NCBI GenBank assembly: GCA_964416155.1
Contig: CAYQCW010000001.1
Span: 160,001-224,000, forward strand
Length of the DNA: 64,000 nt
Reading direction: 5' to 3'
DNA from: an uncultured Nitrososphaerota archaeon
GTDB lineage: Archaea; Thermoproteota; EX4484-205; JAAOZP01
Shown in pieces: positions 29,201 to 38,280 of the stretch; the stretch's first letter is position 1, and each line of letters opens with the position of its first letter. Under the pieces are notes generated by a model. The model searched no databases, was not told where the DNA came from, and saw only the letters and a program-made list of their open reading frames with translations. A program made the translations under genes and the position numbers.

Positions 29201-29551
29201 ATGGGATGCTCTGTTCCTCCACCGCCACCTGGTCAAATATACCTTTCTACGACTCCTGAAATACCTGGCATGAGAATCGTTAAAAGTTTGGGAATAATCT
29301 TTGGGCAAACAGTCAGGACGAGGGGTGCTCTTGGAAGATTTGTAGCTGGGATAGAGGCGCTGGTCGGGGGTAAGTCGGAAGTATACCTCTCGGAAATCGA
29401 GAAGGCGAGGAATGAAGCCCTTGAGAACCTGGTGAGGAAAGCAGCCTCAATGGGTGCAAACGGTGTAGTTGGCGTAGATTTCGAAACGTCTGAAATCCTA
29501 GAGGGCTTCATAGTAATCACCGCCGTGGGAACTGCTGTAAAGGTGGAGTAG
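29201..29551 (+). CDS. YbjQ/UPF0145 family protein
   Basis: STTPEIPG, LVGG, AR..ALE, GANGVVGV, VGTAV. Confidence 0.9.
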   Translation: MGCSVPPPPPGQIYLSTTPEIPGMRIVKSLGIIFGQTVRTRGALGRFVAGIEALVGGKSEVYLSEIEKARNEALENLVRKAASMGANGVVGVDFETSEILEGFIVITAVGTAVKVE

Positions 29552-29640
29552 GAAGACCCTCGGCGCGCTACACGTTTTATTCGTAATTATTGATGTTGGC
29601 CCAGGAAACTGTTAAATACTTCCCTCAAGCATGCTTATCC

Positions 29641-29874
29641 ATGGTTGTTAAAGCATACGTGTTCATAGTGACGAAGCCCGGCACATCCATCGAGGTTTCA
29701 AACGAAATTAAGAGGATCAGTGGTGTTTATTCGGCTGACCCTATCTACGGCAGGTTCGATGTGGTGGCGACGGTGGAAGCCGAGAGCCCCGAGGAATTAA
29801 CTAGGCTGCTCTACGAGGTTATTGAGAAGATTCCGAATATAGTTAGAACGGAAACCTCAATAGTTTTGCAGTGA
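29641..29874 (+). CDS. Stand-alone Lrp/AsnC ligand-binding (RAM) domain protein
   Basis: AYVFIVTKPG, YGRFDVV, RTETSIV; no HTH domain. Confidence 0.88.
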   Translation: MVVKAYVFIVTKPGTSIEVSNEIKRISGVYSADPIYGRFDVVATVEAESPEELTRLLYEVIEKIPNIVRTETSIVLQ

Positions 29875-29880
29875 CTTTAA

Positions 29881-30114
29881 ATGATCAGGGCCTTCATCCT
29901 GGTTAGAACCAAGCCGGGTACTTCTGAAGAAGTCGTAAGGGCAAGAAGGATCAAGGGTGTTAAACTGGCTAATTCCGTCCTAGGAAGGTATGATGCAGTG
30001 CTGGTGATAGAATCTAAGAGCCTGGAGGAACTAAGGAAAACTATCTACGAGGTTCTGGAGAAGCTTGAGCACGTGGAGCACACGGAGACCCTGATATCTT
30101 TCTCTCCAGATTAA
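29881..30114 (+). CDS. Stand-alone Lrp/AsnC ligand-binding (RAM) domain protein (paralog)
   Basis: AFILVRTKPG, LGRYDAV, HTETLI. Confidence 0.88.
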   Translation: MIRAFILVRTKPGTSEEVVRARRIKGVKLANSVLGRYDAVLVIESKSLEELRKTIYEVLEKLEHVEHTETLISFSPD

Positions 30115-30176
30115 CCGGCGGTCCTTCTCACCCCATGTTTTCATCAAACCTGTTAGTGATTTTTTTAAATCAAAGC

Positions 30177-31322
30177 TTAGACGCGATACTCAAATTTACC
30201 ATCTTTCGAAATAATGATTAGCGAGTTTCCCTCAGCAGATTTTTCACACCTGCCGATTACTTGGGCACCGACATGGAACTTTTCAGATATATCTATAACA
30301 GTATCCTCAAACTCTTTCTCGACAATTATCTCTAAACCTATTCCCATGTTGAAGCTTCGATACATGTTTACCAGAGTCTCCCGGCTTTCAGCCTGAATCA
30401 GCCTAAATATTGGATCTGGTTCAGGAAGATTATCCTTCACATACCTTATGTTCCTCCCTATTTTCAAACATTTCGTTAACCCTCCACCAGTATTATGAAT
30501 TATGGCTTTAACCTCAACACTTTTAATGACCTCGAGTATTGTTTGCAGGTAGATCCTAGTCGGCGACAATAATGCTTCCCCGATGCTCATGTTAAGCTCA
30601 TCTACGAAAGAATCTATTTTGAAGCGACCGTAATACCCTTTGGCTTCTGAGCCTATCTCAGGATACTTATCCAAGTATTCTCTCGCTAACAGGCAGTGTC
30701 TCGCAAGCGTTATCCCGTTGCACATTATTCCACTGTTCTCCTTCTCCTCATATACGGATCTTCCCCCGCTTCTCAACCCGACTATAACATCCCCGGGCAA
30801 AATGTTTCTGCCAGTTATCACTTTGGAGAACTCGACTCTAGCCATCACTGTTCCTGAAACGTCGAATGTTCTGACAATATCAGGCAGGTCAGCCGTCTCG
30901 CCTCCGCTGAAAAGAATAGGAACACCGTTCCCCCTGAGCATTGAAAAAACTCTGGAGAAGCCTTTAGCAAGGCTTTTGAGGAGCTCCTGTTTTGGGACTT
31001 TAAAAGGGTTTACTGCAACATAGTCTGAAAAAGCCACTGGCGACCCTCCTACGCAAGCCGCGTCGTCAACATTCATGGCGACAACGTCGTCGGCCAATGT
31101 TTCGAAAAACTTCTTCTCACCAGTCTCCTTATAGTAGAGGTAGGAGACAACTGGCTTTGTTCCAGCACCATCGGTATGAAGAATTATCCCCCAGGCTGGG
31201 TTTAAAGAATCCTTAACTACAGGAGAGAAGGCTTCGGGGAAAACGTCGTCCGTAATCTTTTTCAAAAACTCCACTCCTGTCTTGCTCACGTCTATGCCGA
31301 GCTCCTCATATCTTGAAGACAT
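30177..31322 (-). CDS. purM: AIR synthetase
   Basis: YEELGID, HTDGAGTK, AMNVDD, GGETA, SPTRIY, HNTGGG, FNMGIG. Confidence 0.92.
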   Translation of the reverse strand: MSSRYEELGIDVSKTGVEFLKKITDDVFPEAFSPVVKDSLNPAWGIILHTDGAGTKPVVSYLYYKETGEKKFFETLADDVVAMNVDDAACVGGSPVAFSDYVAVNPFKVPKQELLKSLAKGFSRVFSMLRGNGVPILFSGGETADLPDIVRTFDVSGTVMARVEFSKVITGRNILPGDVIVGLRSGGRSVYEEKENSGIMCNGITLARHCLLAREYLDKYPEIGSEAKGYYGRFKIDSFVDELNMSIGEALLSPTRIYLQTILEVIKSVEVKAIIHNTGGGLTKCLKIGRNIRYVKDNLPEPDPIFRLIQAESRETLVNMYRSFNMGIGLEIIVEKEFEDTVIDISEKFHVGAQVIGRCEKSAEGNSLIIISKDGKFEYRV

Positions 31323-31429
31323 TCCTGAGATTATTCCAGCGTAGAACTCTTAAATCTTTAAACTCTCCTCTAGTTGACGCACTACTCATTATTTTTCGAA
31401 AGATCGACCCGCTTATTTTTTGGGCTTTA

Positions 31430-32440
31430 TTAGCGTATGTGTAAAACCGGCTTTGGTCTATAGGGCTCTTCCAAGTACTTGACCTCGTCGTCCGTCAGCT
31501 TCACGCTTAACGCCCCCACCGCTTCCTCCAAGTGTTCCACCTTCGTTGTGCCTATTATGGGCGCCGTGACACCCTTGTGGAAAAGCCACGCTAAGGCGAC
31601 TTGAGTCGGCGTCACACCCTTGTTTTCCGCGGTTTCCACAACCCTCTTAACTATCTCAGCGTTTTCAGGAGGCTCAATGTAGGCCCTGTAAGCGTAAAAC
31701 CCAGTGTCCGGCTGTAGGCGTTCACTGTCCTTCGGGCCGACGATGAGCCTGCCCTCCTTCAAGTATCTGCCGGTGAGAACCCCAGCGGCGTTCGGGCTGT
31801 AAGGGATCAGCGCAATATCGTGCACCTTGCAGAAAGGAATCATCTCCCTCTCCTCTTCACGGTATAGCAGGTTGTAGAGGTTCTGCATGCTTACGAACTT
31901 CTCATACTTTTTCATCTCGCTGGTGAAGAGGGCTGTGGCGAACTGCCATGTCCACATGCTTGACGCACCTATGTACCTCGCCTTCCCCTGGCGCACTAAA
32001 CCGGTTAATGTGGACAGGGTTTCGTCAATCCCCGTGGAATAGTCCCACCTGTGTATCTGGTATAGGTCAACGTAACCAGTCTTAAGCCTGCTCAACGACC
32101 CCTCTATCTGCCTCAAAATATGCTTCCTAGAAAGCCCCGAGTCGTTTGGCTTGTCCCCCATTGGGAAGAACACTTTTGTAGCCACTACTGCGTCCTCCCT
32201 TCTCCCCTGCAGAAACTCCCCCAGTATCTCCTCGGACATTCCCCTCGAGTACACGTTGGCGGTGTCGTAGAAGTTTATGCCGAGGTCCCACGCCCTGTTC
32301 AAAACCTTGAACGCCTCCTCTTTGCCGGAAACCCAACCCCCACCCCCGAAGGGCTGCAAGGCTGGGTCACCAAAAGACATGGCTCCTAAGCAGATCTTTG
32401 AAACCTTAAGGCCAGACCAGCCTAAACGGACATATTCCAT
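31430..32440 (-). CDS. Aldo/keto reductase
   Basis: LGAMSFG, DTANVY, VATK, DLYQIHR, QNLYNL, PIIG. Confidence 0.95.
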   Translation of the reverse strand: MEYVRLGWSGLKVSKICLGAMSFGDPALQPFGGGGWVSGKEEAFKVLNRAWDLGINFYDTANVYSRGMSEEILGEFLQGRREDAVVATKVFFPMGDKPNDSGLSRKHILRQIEGSLSRLKTGYVDLYQIHRWDYSTGIDETLSTLTGLVRQGKARYIGASSMWTWQFATALFTSEMKKYEKFVSMQNLYNLLYREEEREMIPFCKVHDIALIPYSPNAAGVLTGRYLKEGRLIVGPKDSERLQPDTGFYAYRAYIEPPENAEIVKRVVETAENKGVTPTQVALAWLFHKGVTAPIIGTTKVEHLEEAVGALSVKLTDDEVKYLEEPYRPKPVLHIR

Positions 32441-32548
32441 TTGTTGAAGTATGCTTTTTATAAGATAAATAAACTTTTGCTACGCCCAGCAGTTCCGTAG
32501 CGCCCCTAGCTTTTCTTTAGCGCACACTCGTTGAGAATTAAGAATAGT

Positions 32549-33289
32549 TTAAGCTACTTTTTTAAGGCCCTCCATAAACCTGCAGGCTTCCTCATAGGTC
32601 TGGGGTGTTCCGATGTCAAACCAGTATCCCCGGAAAACGTAGCCGTAGACAGGCTCGTTCCCGCATAGCCAAGATACGAAGTGTCCGGGACTATCCCTGT
32701 GCCCGCCCTCTTCAACGTATCTCTTGATTTTTACGAGCGACCTCCATGGAAACATGTAGATAGCGGTGGCTATAATGGTTGAACTCGGGTTTACAGGCTT
32801 CTCGACGAAATCCACTATTCTACTATCTTCAGCAAGCTTGACGCAGGAATACATTTTAACAAGCTCAATGTTCCCAACATCGTAAAGCGCTACAACCGGC
32901 GCATTCTTACTGCGGTAGAACTCGAGGAATTCCGTCAAATCAAGCGAGAAAAGGTTGTCGCCTGCTATAACTAGGTATTCGTCCTCACCGATATTGTCAA
33001 CAAGCATCGCCAGCGATAATATTGTCCCAAGCTTCTCCTCCTCCCGCGTACTCCCCTCGACCTGGAGCCTCGTGTTAACATAGCCTCTGGATCCAAGCCA
33101 TTCTCTAAAATCCTTTTCAAACTTCCTGTTCACGGTGATGATGACCTCGCTCGGGTTTAAGATACTTATTTTCTCCATGGTGTAGTCTATTATCGGCCTG
33201 TCGCAAACCTTAACCAGCGGCTTCGCCATGTGCACTCCAAGATTTTGAAGACGCTTCGCAAAGCCTCCAGCAGGAACTATTACCCTCAA
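32549..33289 (-). CDS. Sugar-phosphate nucleotidyltransferase
   Basis: PAGGFAKRL...KPL, AGDNL, VEKP, WFDIGT. Confidence 0.9.
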   Translation of the reverse strand: MRVIVPAGGFAKRLQNLGVHMAKPLVKVCDRPIIDYTMEKISILNPSEVIITVNRKFEKDFREWLGSRGYVNTRLQVEGSTREEEKLGTILSLAMLVDNIGEDEYLVIAGDNLFSLDLTEFLEFYRSKNAPVVALYDVGNIELVKMYSCVKLAEDSRIVDFVEKPVNPSSTIIATAIYMFPWRSLVKIKRYVEEGGHRDSPGHFVSWLCGNEPVYGYVFRGYWFDIGTPQTYEEACRFMEGLKKVA

Positions 33290-33416
33290 GACTCCTAAGC
33301 GTTATTATTGAAGAGGTTGAAATAAACTTTCCCCCAGAATATTAGCGTAAGAGTGTTGTGAAAACATTTATATTTTAAGAGTCTTCTCCTGTGAACACGG
33401 ATGTGGAAAACCAAGC

Positions 33417-34844
33417 ATGAGTGAGAAAAATACTCTTGTATTCACAATAGACGCTCAAATAACTCCTTCAGATTACACGGATCTAGTTGACTTCATATAT
33501 CGGAACTATGTGGCTCCTAATTTGAAGCATTTTGCAAACGTCGTCAGAAGCACCTCTGAAACAGGGTTTTTCCTCTTCTTTACTGCCGTTGACCCGGATA
33601 GGAAATGGTATATCGACGTTCAGATAAGCATTGGAAAACCAATCAATGTTAGAATGGTTTTAAGCAACAGCGAGGTTCCAGGATCAGCCGTAAACTGGTT
33701 GAGAAGCAGCCTAGTGGCTGCGGTCAGGTTTTTCGAAGAACAGCTTAGAAAAACAACCGTCTACTTCACCTGGGTCGAGGGCGAGGAAATAATACCTGAA
33801 AGGGTTCTTGAAGCCCGTAAGAATTTTGTCTACCGGATGTTTTCAGAAAGCATGCTTCTCCTTTTCATCCTATTCACCTCGCTCAGCATCATTCTATTCC
33901 TAATCTTGGGGTCTTATGCTCCAATAACACTCGTATTAATGCAGTTCATCCTAATTCTTTTCTCAGACAGGATTATTGGGAGAATGGGAGATTGGCATAT
34001 CACTGAGAAAAACCCTCTAATACATGTTTTCCAGTATAGTATTCCAGTTTCAGAATACAAATCCTTTCTAAACAAGTATGGTGGAGAAATTTTCTCGAAG
34101 ATTAAGAAAGAGATTTACATCAAGACCCTAGCCGTCAGGAAGCCAATAGACTATGAAATATGCGCAGAAGTGTTGTCCCATTATGGGTTTGAGTGTAACC
34201 CTGAAAAAGCCTCAGCGAAGATCGTGAACTTGTATGAGATTGTAAAACAGGCTGCGGAGAAGTTTGAGCTTCCAGTGCCCAAGATCGTTGTCTCTAACAC
34301 GACTCTGCCTAATGCTGCAGCCTCTGGGCCTTATCCGAGCCGTGGGGTAATCCTAGTGACCACAGGGCTGCTTGTCCAGCTTGACGAAAAGGAGGTTCTA
34401 AGCGTTATTGGACATGAGTTCAGCCATCTTAAAGGGAGGGATCCGTTGTTTCTCTTTCTCCTGACCTCAATAGAGTATCTTCTCAGGTTTTACGTTTTCT
34501 GGCCGCTGCTATACTTCCTAGGATACTTCTATCTTATAATTGCTCTTGGAGCCGTCTACTTCATAGCTAAGTTTTTCGAGTCCAAGGCTGACTTAGAGTC
34601 TGCCATCAGAATAGGTGAGCCGCAGAACCTTGCAAACGCGTTGAGGAAAATAGGTTTTCGCAGGCTTCAGCTAGAGATGCGACGAGGATACGCTATTCAA
34701 GAATGGTTAGGATGGGATCCGCACCCACCTCTCTATTTCAGAATATCTAGGCTGGAGAGCCTTAGGGACCCCAGTAGGATAAGGCATCCCTTGATAAGAT
34801 CTATAAAAGACAATATACTTGGTTTCTTGGAAATAATTGGATGA
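33417..34844 (+). CDS. HtpX-like M48 zinc metalloprotease with N-terminal extension
   Basis: PNAAASG, HEFSH zinc motif, ESKAD, HPPLYFRI; TM helices. Confidence 0.88.
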   Translation: MSEKNTLVFTIDAQITPSDYTDLVDFIYRNYVAPNLKHFANVVRSTSETGFFLFFTAVDPDRKWYIDVQISIGKPINVRMVLSNSEVPGSAVNWLRSSLVAAVRFFEEQLRKTTVYFTWVEGEEIIPERVLEARKNFVYRMFSESMLLLFILFTSLSIILFLILGSYAPITLVLMQFILILFSDRIIGRMGDWHITEKNPLIHVFQYSIPVSEYKSFLNKYGGEIFSKIKKEIYIKTLAVRKPIDYEICAEVLSHYGFECNPEKASAKIVNLYEIVKQAAEKFELPVPKIVVSNTTLPNAAASGPYPSRGVILVTTGLLVQLDEKEVLSVIGHEFSHLKGRDPLFLFLLTSIEYLLRFYVFWPLLYFLGYFYLIIALGAVYFIAKFFESKADLESAIRIGEPQNLANALRKIGFRRLQLEMRRGYAIQEWLGWDPHPPLYFRISRLESLRDPSRIRHPLIRSIKDNILGFLEIIG

Positions 34845-35425
34845 AAACCCGGAAGATTAGTTTAAAAATTATTAAAGCCACCCTCCATTCTTATTCGGAG
34901 TTGAAGTTCAAGGGAATAATCTTAGCAATGCTTGTCTTAGTTTCTGTTATCATCCTCTCTATTTCTACGAGATATACGAGCATTCCTCAGGCAAATTATA
35001 CTAGCGGGAAAATTTTAAGCGTTCCTTTCGTCAAGCAGGGACCCGACCTTTGCTCCGAGGCCTCCGCCAGCATGGTTCTTCTATATTACAGTCTAAACTT
35101 CTCGCAAGAAGAAATAAACGCGATGGGATTCGATAAGTTTGAGAACATGCTTACCTTCTTAGACAAGCATATTTACTGCTCATATAAATCGCTTTCAGTA
35201 GAAGAATTGAGAGAAGAAATTCGAAAAGGCAATCCCGTAATTATCAGGTTAAGAATTGGGATTAGCCTCCATACGGTAGTGGCTGTTGGATATGAAAATG
35301 ATTGGATAATTGTGCACGACCCTGCGTCAGGACCCTTCGTACTGCTAAGGGTGGATGAATCGTTCATTTCTTCTTGGGCAGCGACTAACTACGCTTCAAT
35401 AGTTTCACGTGGCCGTAGGCCTTGA
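34841..35425 (+). CDS. C39-like cysteine peptidase with N-terminal TM/signal segment
   Basis: VPFVKQ...CSEASASM; HTVVAVGY; HDPA. The start may instead be TTG ~34901. Confidence 0.78.
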   Translation: MKTRKISLKIIKATLHSYSELKFKGIILAMLVLVSVIILSISTRYTSIPQANYTSGKILSVPFVKQGPDLCSEASASMVLLYYSLNFSQEEINAMGFDKFENMLTFLDKHIYCSYKSLSVEELREEIRKGNPVIIRLRIGISLHTVVAVGYENDWIIVHDPASGPFVLLRVDESFISSWAATNYASIVSRGRRP

Positions 35426-35503
35426 AACATTATTTTCTCTCCTGATAAAGTATTTTTCCAGCCGCAGAAATTCATAAATCTAAGCATCCAGGAGGAAGGC
35501 CGA

Positions 35504-36421
35504 ATGAAACCGGATCCATTATGCATCCCATGCACCGTAAATGCCGCCCTAGACATAGCCCTTAAAGCGACTAATGACCAAGACACTATCAGGGAGATAC
35601 TTTTAGAGAGCTTAAGATGGATTCCGAAGGCCTTCGAGGAGGATGCTTCACCGAACGTCCTTCACTCGCAAGTATGCAGGATTACTCGAAAAATAGCCGG
35701 AGTGAGAGACCCGTTTAAGCATGTGAAGACTGTTTCAAATGAAATTGCCTTAAAGGTTTATCCAAGCCTATGTGAAATGCTTGAATCAATCAGGAATGAT
35801 GTCGAAGTACTTAGGTTTTCCCTCAAAGCATCCATAATTGGAAATATGATGGATTTTGAGGTGAAAAATTATCGCTTCAATCTTGAAAGCCTAGAATCAC
35901 GGTTTAAAGACTATTTGAAGGAGCCTTTGGTGATCGACGACGTGGATAAGCTGTGTGATGCAATCAGCGGCGGGAAGAAGATCCTTTATCTAGCGGATAA
36001 TGCGGGGGAAATAGTTTTCGATAAGCTTGTCGCGAAATGTCTGAAAGAGAGATGGGGGTGCAGTGTTACGATGGTTGTTAAAGACGGGCCTGTTTTGAAC
36101 GATGCGACTCTGGAAGATGCGGAGTACGTCAGGCTTGGCGATGCATGTGACAAAATCGTTACTACGGGGGACGACACTATAGGAGTTGTTTTTGACAGGG
36201 TTTCGGAGGAGTTTAAGCAAGCCCTGAAGGAATCAGACATAGTGATATCTAAAGGACAAGGAAACCTCGAGTCTCTCACTGGGCTTGAAAAGAATATTGG
36301 CAAGCCTGTTTGCTATGTTCTGAGAGTCAAATGTGAAGTAGTCGGCAGAAACCTCGATGTCCCAAAGGATTCTAACGTGGTTAAGCTTATAAGGTTCCAC
36401 AAGTTTCAAAAACTTTATTAG
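35504..36421 (+). CDS. DUF89/ARMT1-like damage-control phosphatase
   Basis: CIPC, DPFK, GNMMD, DNAGE, NDAT, SKGQGN, VKC. Confidence 0.92.
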   Translation: MKPDPLCIPCTVNAALDIALKATNDQDTIREILLESLRWIPKAFEEDASPNVLHSQVCRITRKIAGVRDPFKHVKTVSNEIALKVYPSLCEMLESIRNDVEVLRFSLKASIIGNMMDFEVKNYRFNLESLESRFKDYLKEPLVIDDVDKLCDAISGGKKILYLADNAGEIVFDKLVAKCLKERWGCSVTMVVKDGPVLNDATLEDAEYVRLGDACDKIVTTGDDTIGVVFDRVSEEFKQALKESDIVISKGQGNLESLTGLEKNIGKPVCYVLRVKCEVVGRNLDVPKDSNVVKLIRFHKFQKLY

Positions 36422-36444
36422 GTTTTACTCTTAAATTACCATCT

Positions 36445-37305
36445 ATGAAGAAGGGGATAAATCTTTGGAGCATTGAATGGCCCAGCATTCTGAGGGAACT
36501 CGACAATAAGAAGGTTGCCAGGAAGATTAAGGAGATCGGTTATGATGGGGTTGAGCTTGTCTTTGACGACAGTAGTTTCGACCCGACTAGGAAGACGGAG
36601 GAGGAGATACGGAGAACAGCTGAGGATTTCAAGTCGGAGAGTCTTGAAATACCCAGCGTGGCGACAGGCGTCTTCTGGAAGTACAATCTCGGCTCAAACG
36701 ATGAAAAAACTAGGAGCAAAGGCGTCGAGTACGGCAAGGCTGGTGTTAAAATGGCCAGCATCGTAGGAGCCTCATCGATCCTTGTTGTTCCGGGTGTTGC
36801 CTCTCCCGAGACACCTTATGAAGAGCTTTATGTTAATGCTCTAAATTCGGTGAAAAAACTCGCAGAGTTCGCAGAGGATTATGACGTGACGATAGCTGTT
36901 GAAAACGTCTGGAACAAGTTCCTCTACTCTCCCATGGAGTTTAAGAAATTCATTACGGATGTAGGAATGAGGAATGTTAAAGTATATCTTGACGTTGCCA
37001 ACCTTATGGCGATATCTCATCCTGAAAACTGGATACATAGCCTGGGAAACATGGTGTCAAACGTTCACGCCAAGGATTTCGATACTAATATTGGAAATAT
37101 TAATGGGTTTAGGAACGTGCTTAAAGGAAACGTGGACTGGAGGAAGATTATCAAGCTGCTTAAAGCAGTAGGATACAACGGTTATCTGACTGTAGAGTGT
37201 CCCCCAAGTTTTAATCCCTTGTTGAAGTCTCCCACTGTTCAAGATATTATGAGGAATGCTGAGGAAAACTGTAGGGCGCTTAAGGAAATCACTAAAGGAT
37301 TTTGA
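36445..37305 (+). CDS. Sugar-phosphate isomerase/epimerase (xylose isomerase-like TIM barrel)
   Basis: GYDGVEL, VENVWNKFL, DVAN, HAKD, GYNGYLTVE. Confidence 0.88.
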   Translation: MKKGINLWSIEWPSILRELDNKKVARKIKEIGYDGVELVFDDSSFDPTRKTEEEIRRTAEDFKSESLEIPSVATGVFWKYNLGSNDEKTRSKGVEYGKAGVKMASIVGASSILVVPGVASPETPYEELYVNALNSVKKLAEFAEDYDVTIAVENVWNKFLYSPMEFKKFITDVGMRNVKVYLDVANLMAISHPENWIHSLGNMVSNVHAKDFDTNIGNINGFRNVLKGNVDWRKIIKLLKAVGYNGYLTVECPPSFNPLLKSPTVQDIMRNAEENCRALKEITKGF

Positions 37306-37308
37306 GTC

Positions 37309-37800
37309 TTGAAAAGAATACAGATAAGGAGGAAGGAGGCAGCTAGGTTTATCGAAGATGCTAAAAACCAAAAAATCTCTTTTAAACTAGACAAGCCGGA
37401 GTCTGCGGAGATAGTTGAGCTGGAAGATGCTAAAATACTTCTTTTAAACCGAACCCCCGCCCTAATAATTTTTCCAGACGGAAGGATCATTCCACATCTT
37501 CAAGGCCTTGGAAGAATAACGGTCTGTCCGATAGTGGTTGTTGACAAGGGTGCTGTAGAATACGTGGTTAAGGGGGCTGACGTGATGATGCCGGGAGTAG
37601 TTAAACACAGTAGTTTCAGCAAAGGGGACACTGTTGCAGTTGTTTCAGAAGACTATGTTGCAATAGCAGTAGGAGTGGCTCTTCAAGACTCTGGGGAAAT
37701 CGTTAAAGAGGTAAAAGGAAAGATCGTTAAAAATCTGCATAAGCCCAACGACAAGTTTTTCGTAGGGGTCTCTGGCTTAACCCAGTCCAACAGTGTTTAG
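37309..37800 (+). CDS. PUA-domain RNA-binding protein (MCT-1/Tma20-like)
   Basis: VVVDKGAV...GADVMMPG...IAVG...KNLH. Confidence 0.85.
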   Translation: MKRIQIRRKEAARFIEDAKNQKISFKLDKPESAEIVELEDAKILLLNRTPALIIFPDGRIIPHLQGLGRITVCPIVVVDKGAVEYVVKGADVMMPGVVKHSSFSKGDTVAVVSEDYVAIAVGVALQDSGEIVKEVKGKIVKNLHKPNDKFFVGVSGLTQSNSV

Positions 37801-37859
37801 GACGGTGGCATGCGACGAAAAGTTTTCCACCACTGGCCACAGTAATTGAGAACAGGCCT

Positions 37860-38246
37860 CTACCCTTTCTCAACAAGTATTTCCTCACCGTCCCTAATCT
37901 TTTTTAAGACTTCGAGATCTCCCTCTATCTTAGCGAAAACGTTGACAGGACTGTATGCAACTATCTTCCCCTTCCTTGAAATGGGGGTTGGGCCGAAGAA
38001 GATGCAGAGGGCTCTTCCAGGAGGCCAGTAGGCAACGTCTCCTTTCTCAACCTCTCTCCGCGAATTCTCCTCCGGCAGGATAACGGGTATTTCAAAATAT
38101 ATTTCCTCGCCCCAGGTGTTTGCAAACCCTTTAAAAGGCAGTGCCTTAAGAATACCCTCGACAGTTTTGGGGTTTAACCCAGGTAGAAGTACAGCCCTCC
38201 TTACACCTATTAGCCTGCTTTTAATGAGGATTGCTTCTGGCAACAC
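37860..38246 (-). CDS. Cyclophilin-like fold protein
   Basis: LPF...WGEEIYF, GDVAYWPPG.ALCIFFGPTP. Confidence 0.85.
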   Translation of the reverse strand: MLPEAILIKSRLIGVRRAVLLPGLNPKTVEGILKALPFKGFANTWGEEIYFEIPVILPEENSRREVEKGDVAYWPPGRALCIFFGPTPISRKGKIVAYSPVNVFAKIEGDLEVLKKIRDGEEILVEKG

Positions 38247-38280
38247 AGTATTGAGAACATTAGGCGGTTTAAAAACTTAG

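Noticed and set aside
29117-29308. 64-aa N-terminal extension of PurC in the ORF track
   Set aside because: It overlaps the divergent ybjQ-like gene and the shared promoter region, and is not PurC-like.
30120-30175. UUGAUGA box C-like motif on the - strand
   Set aside because: No properly spaced C' and D boxes follow.
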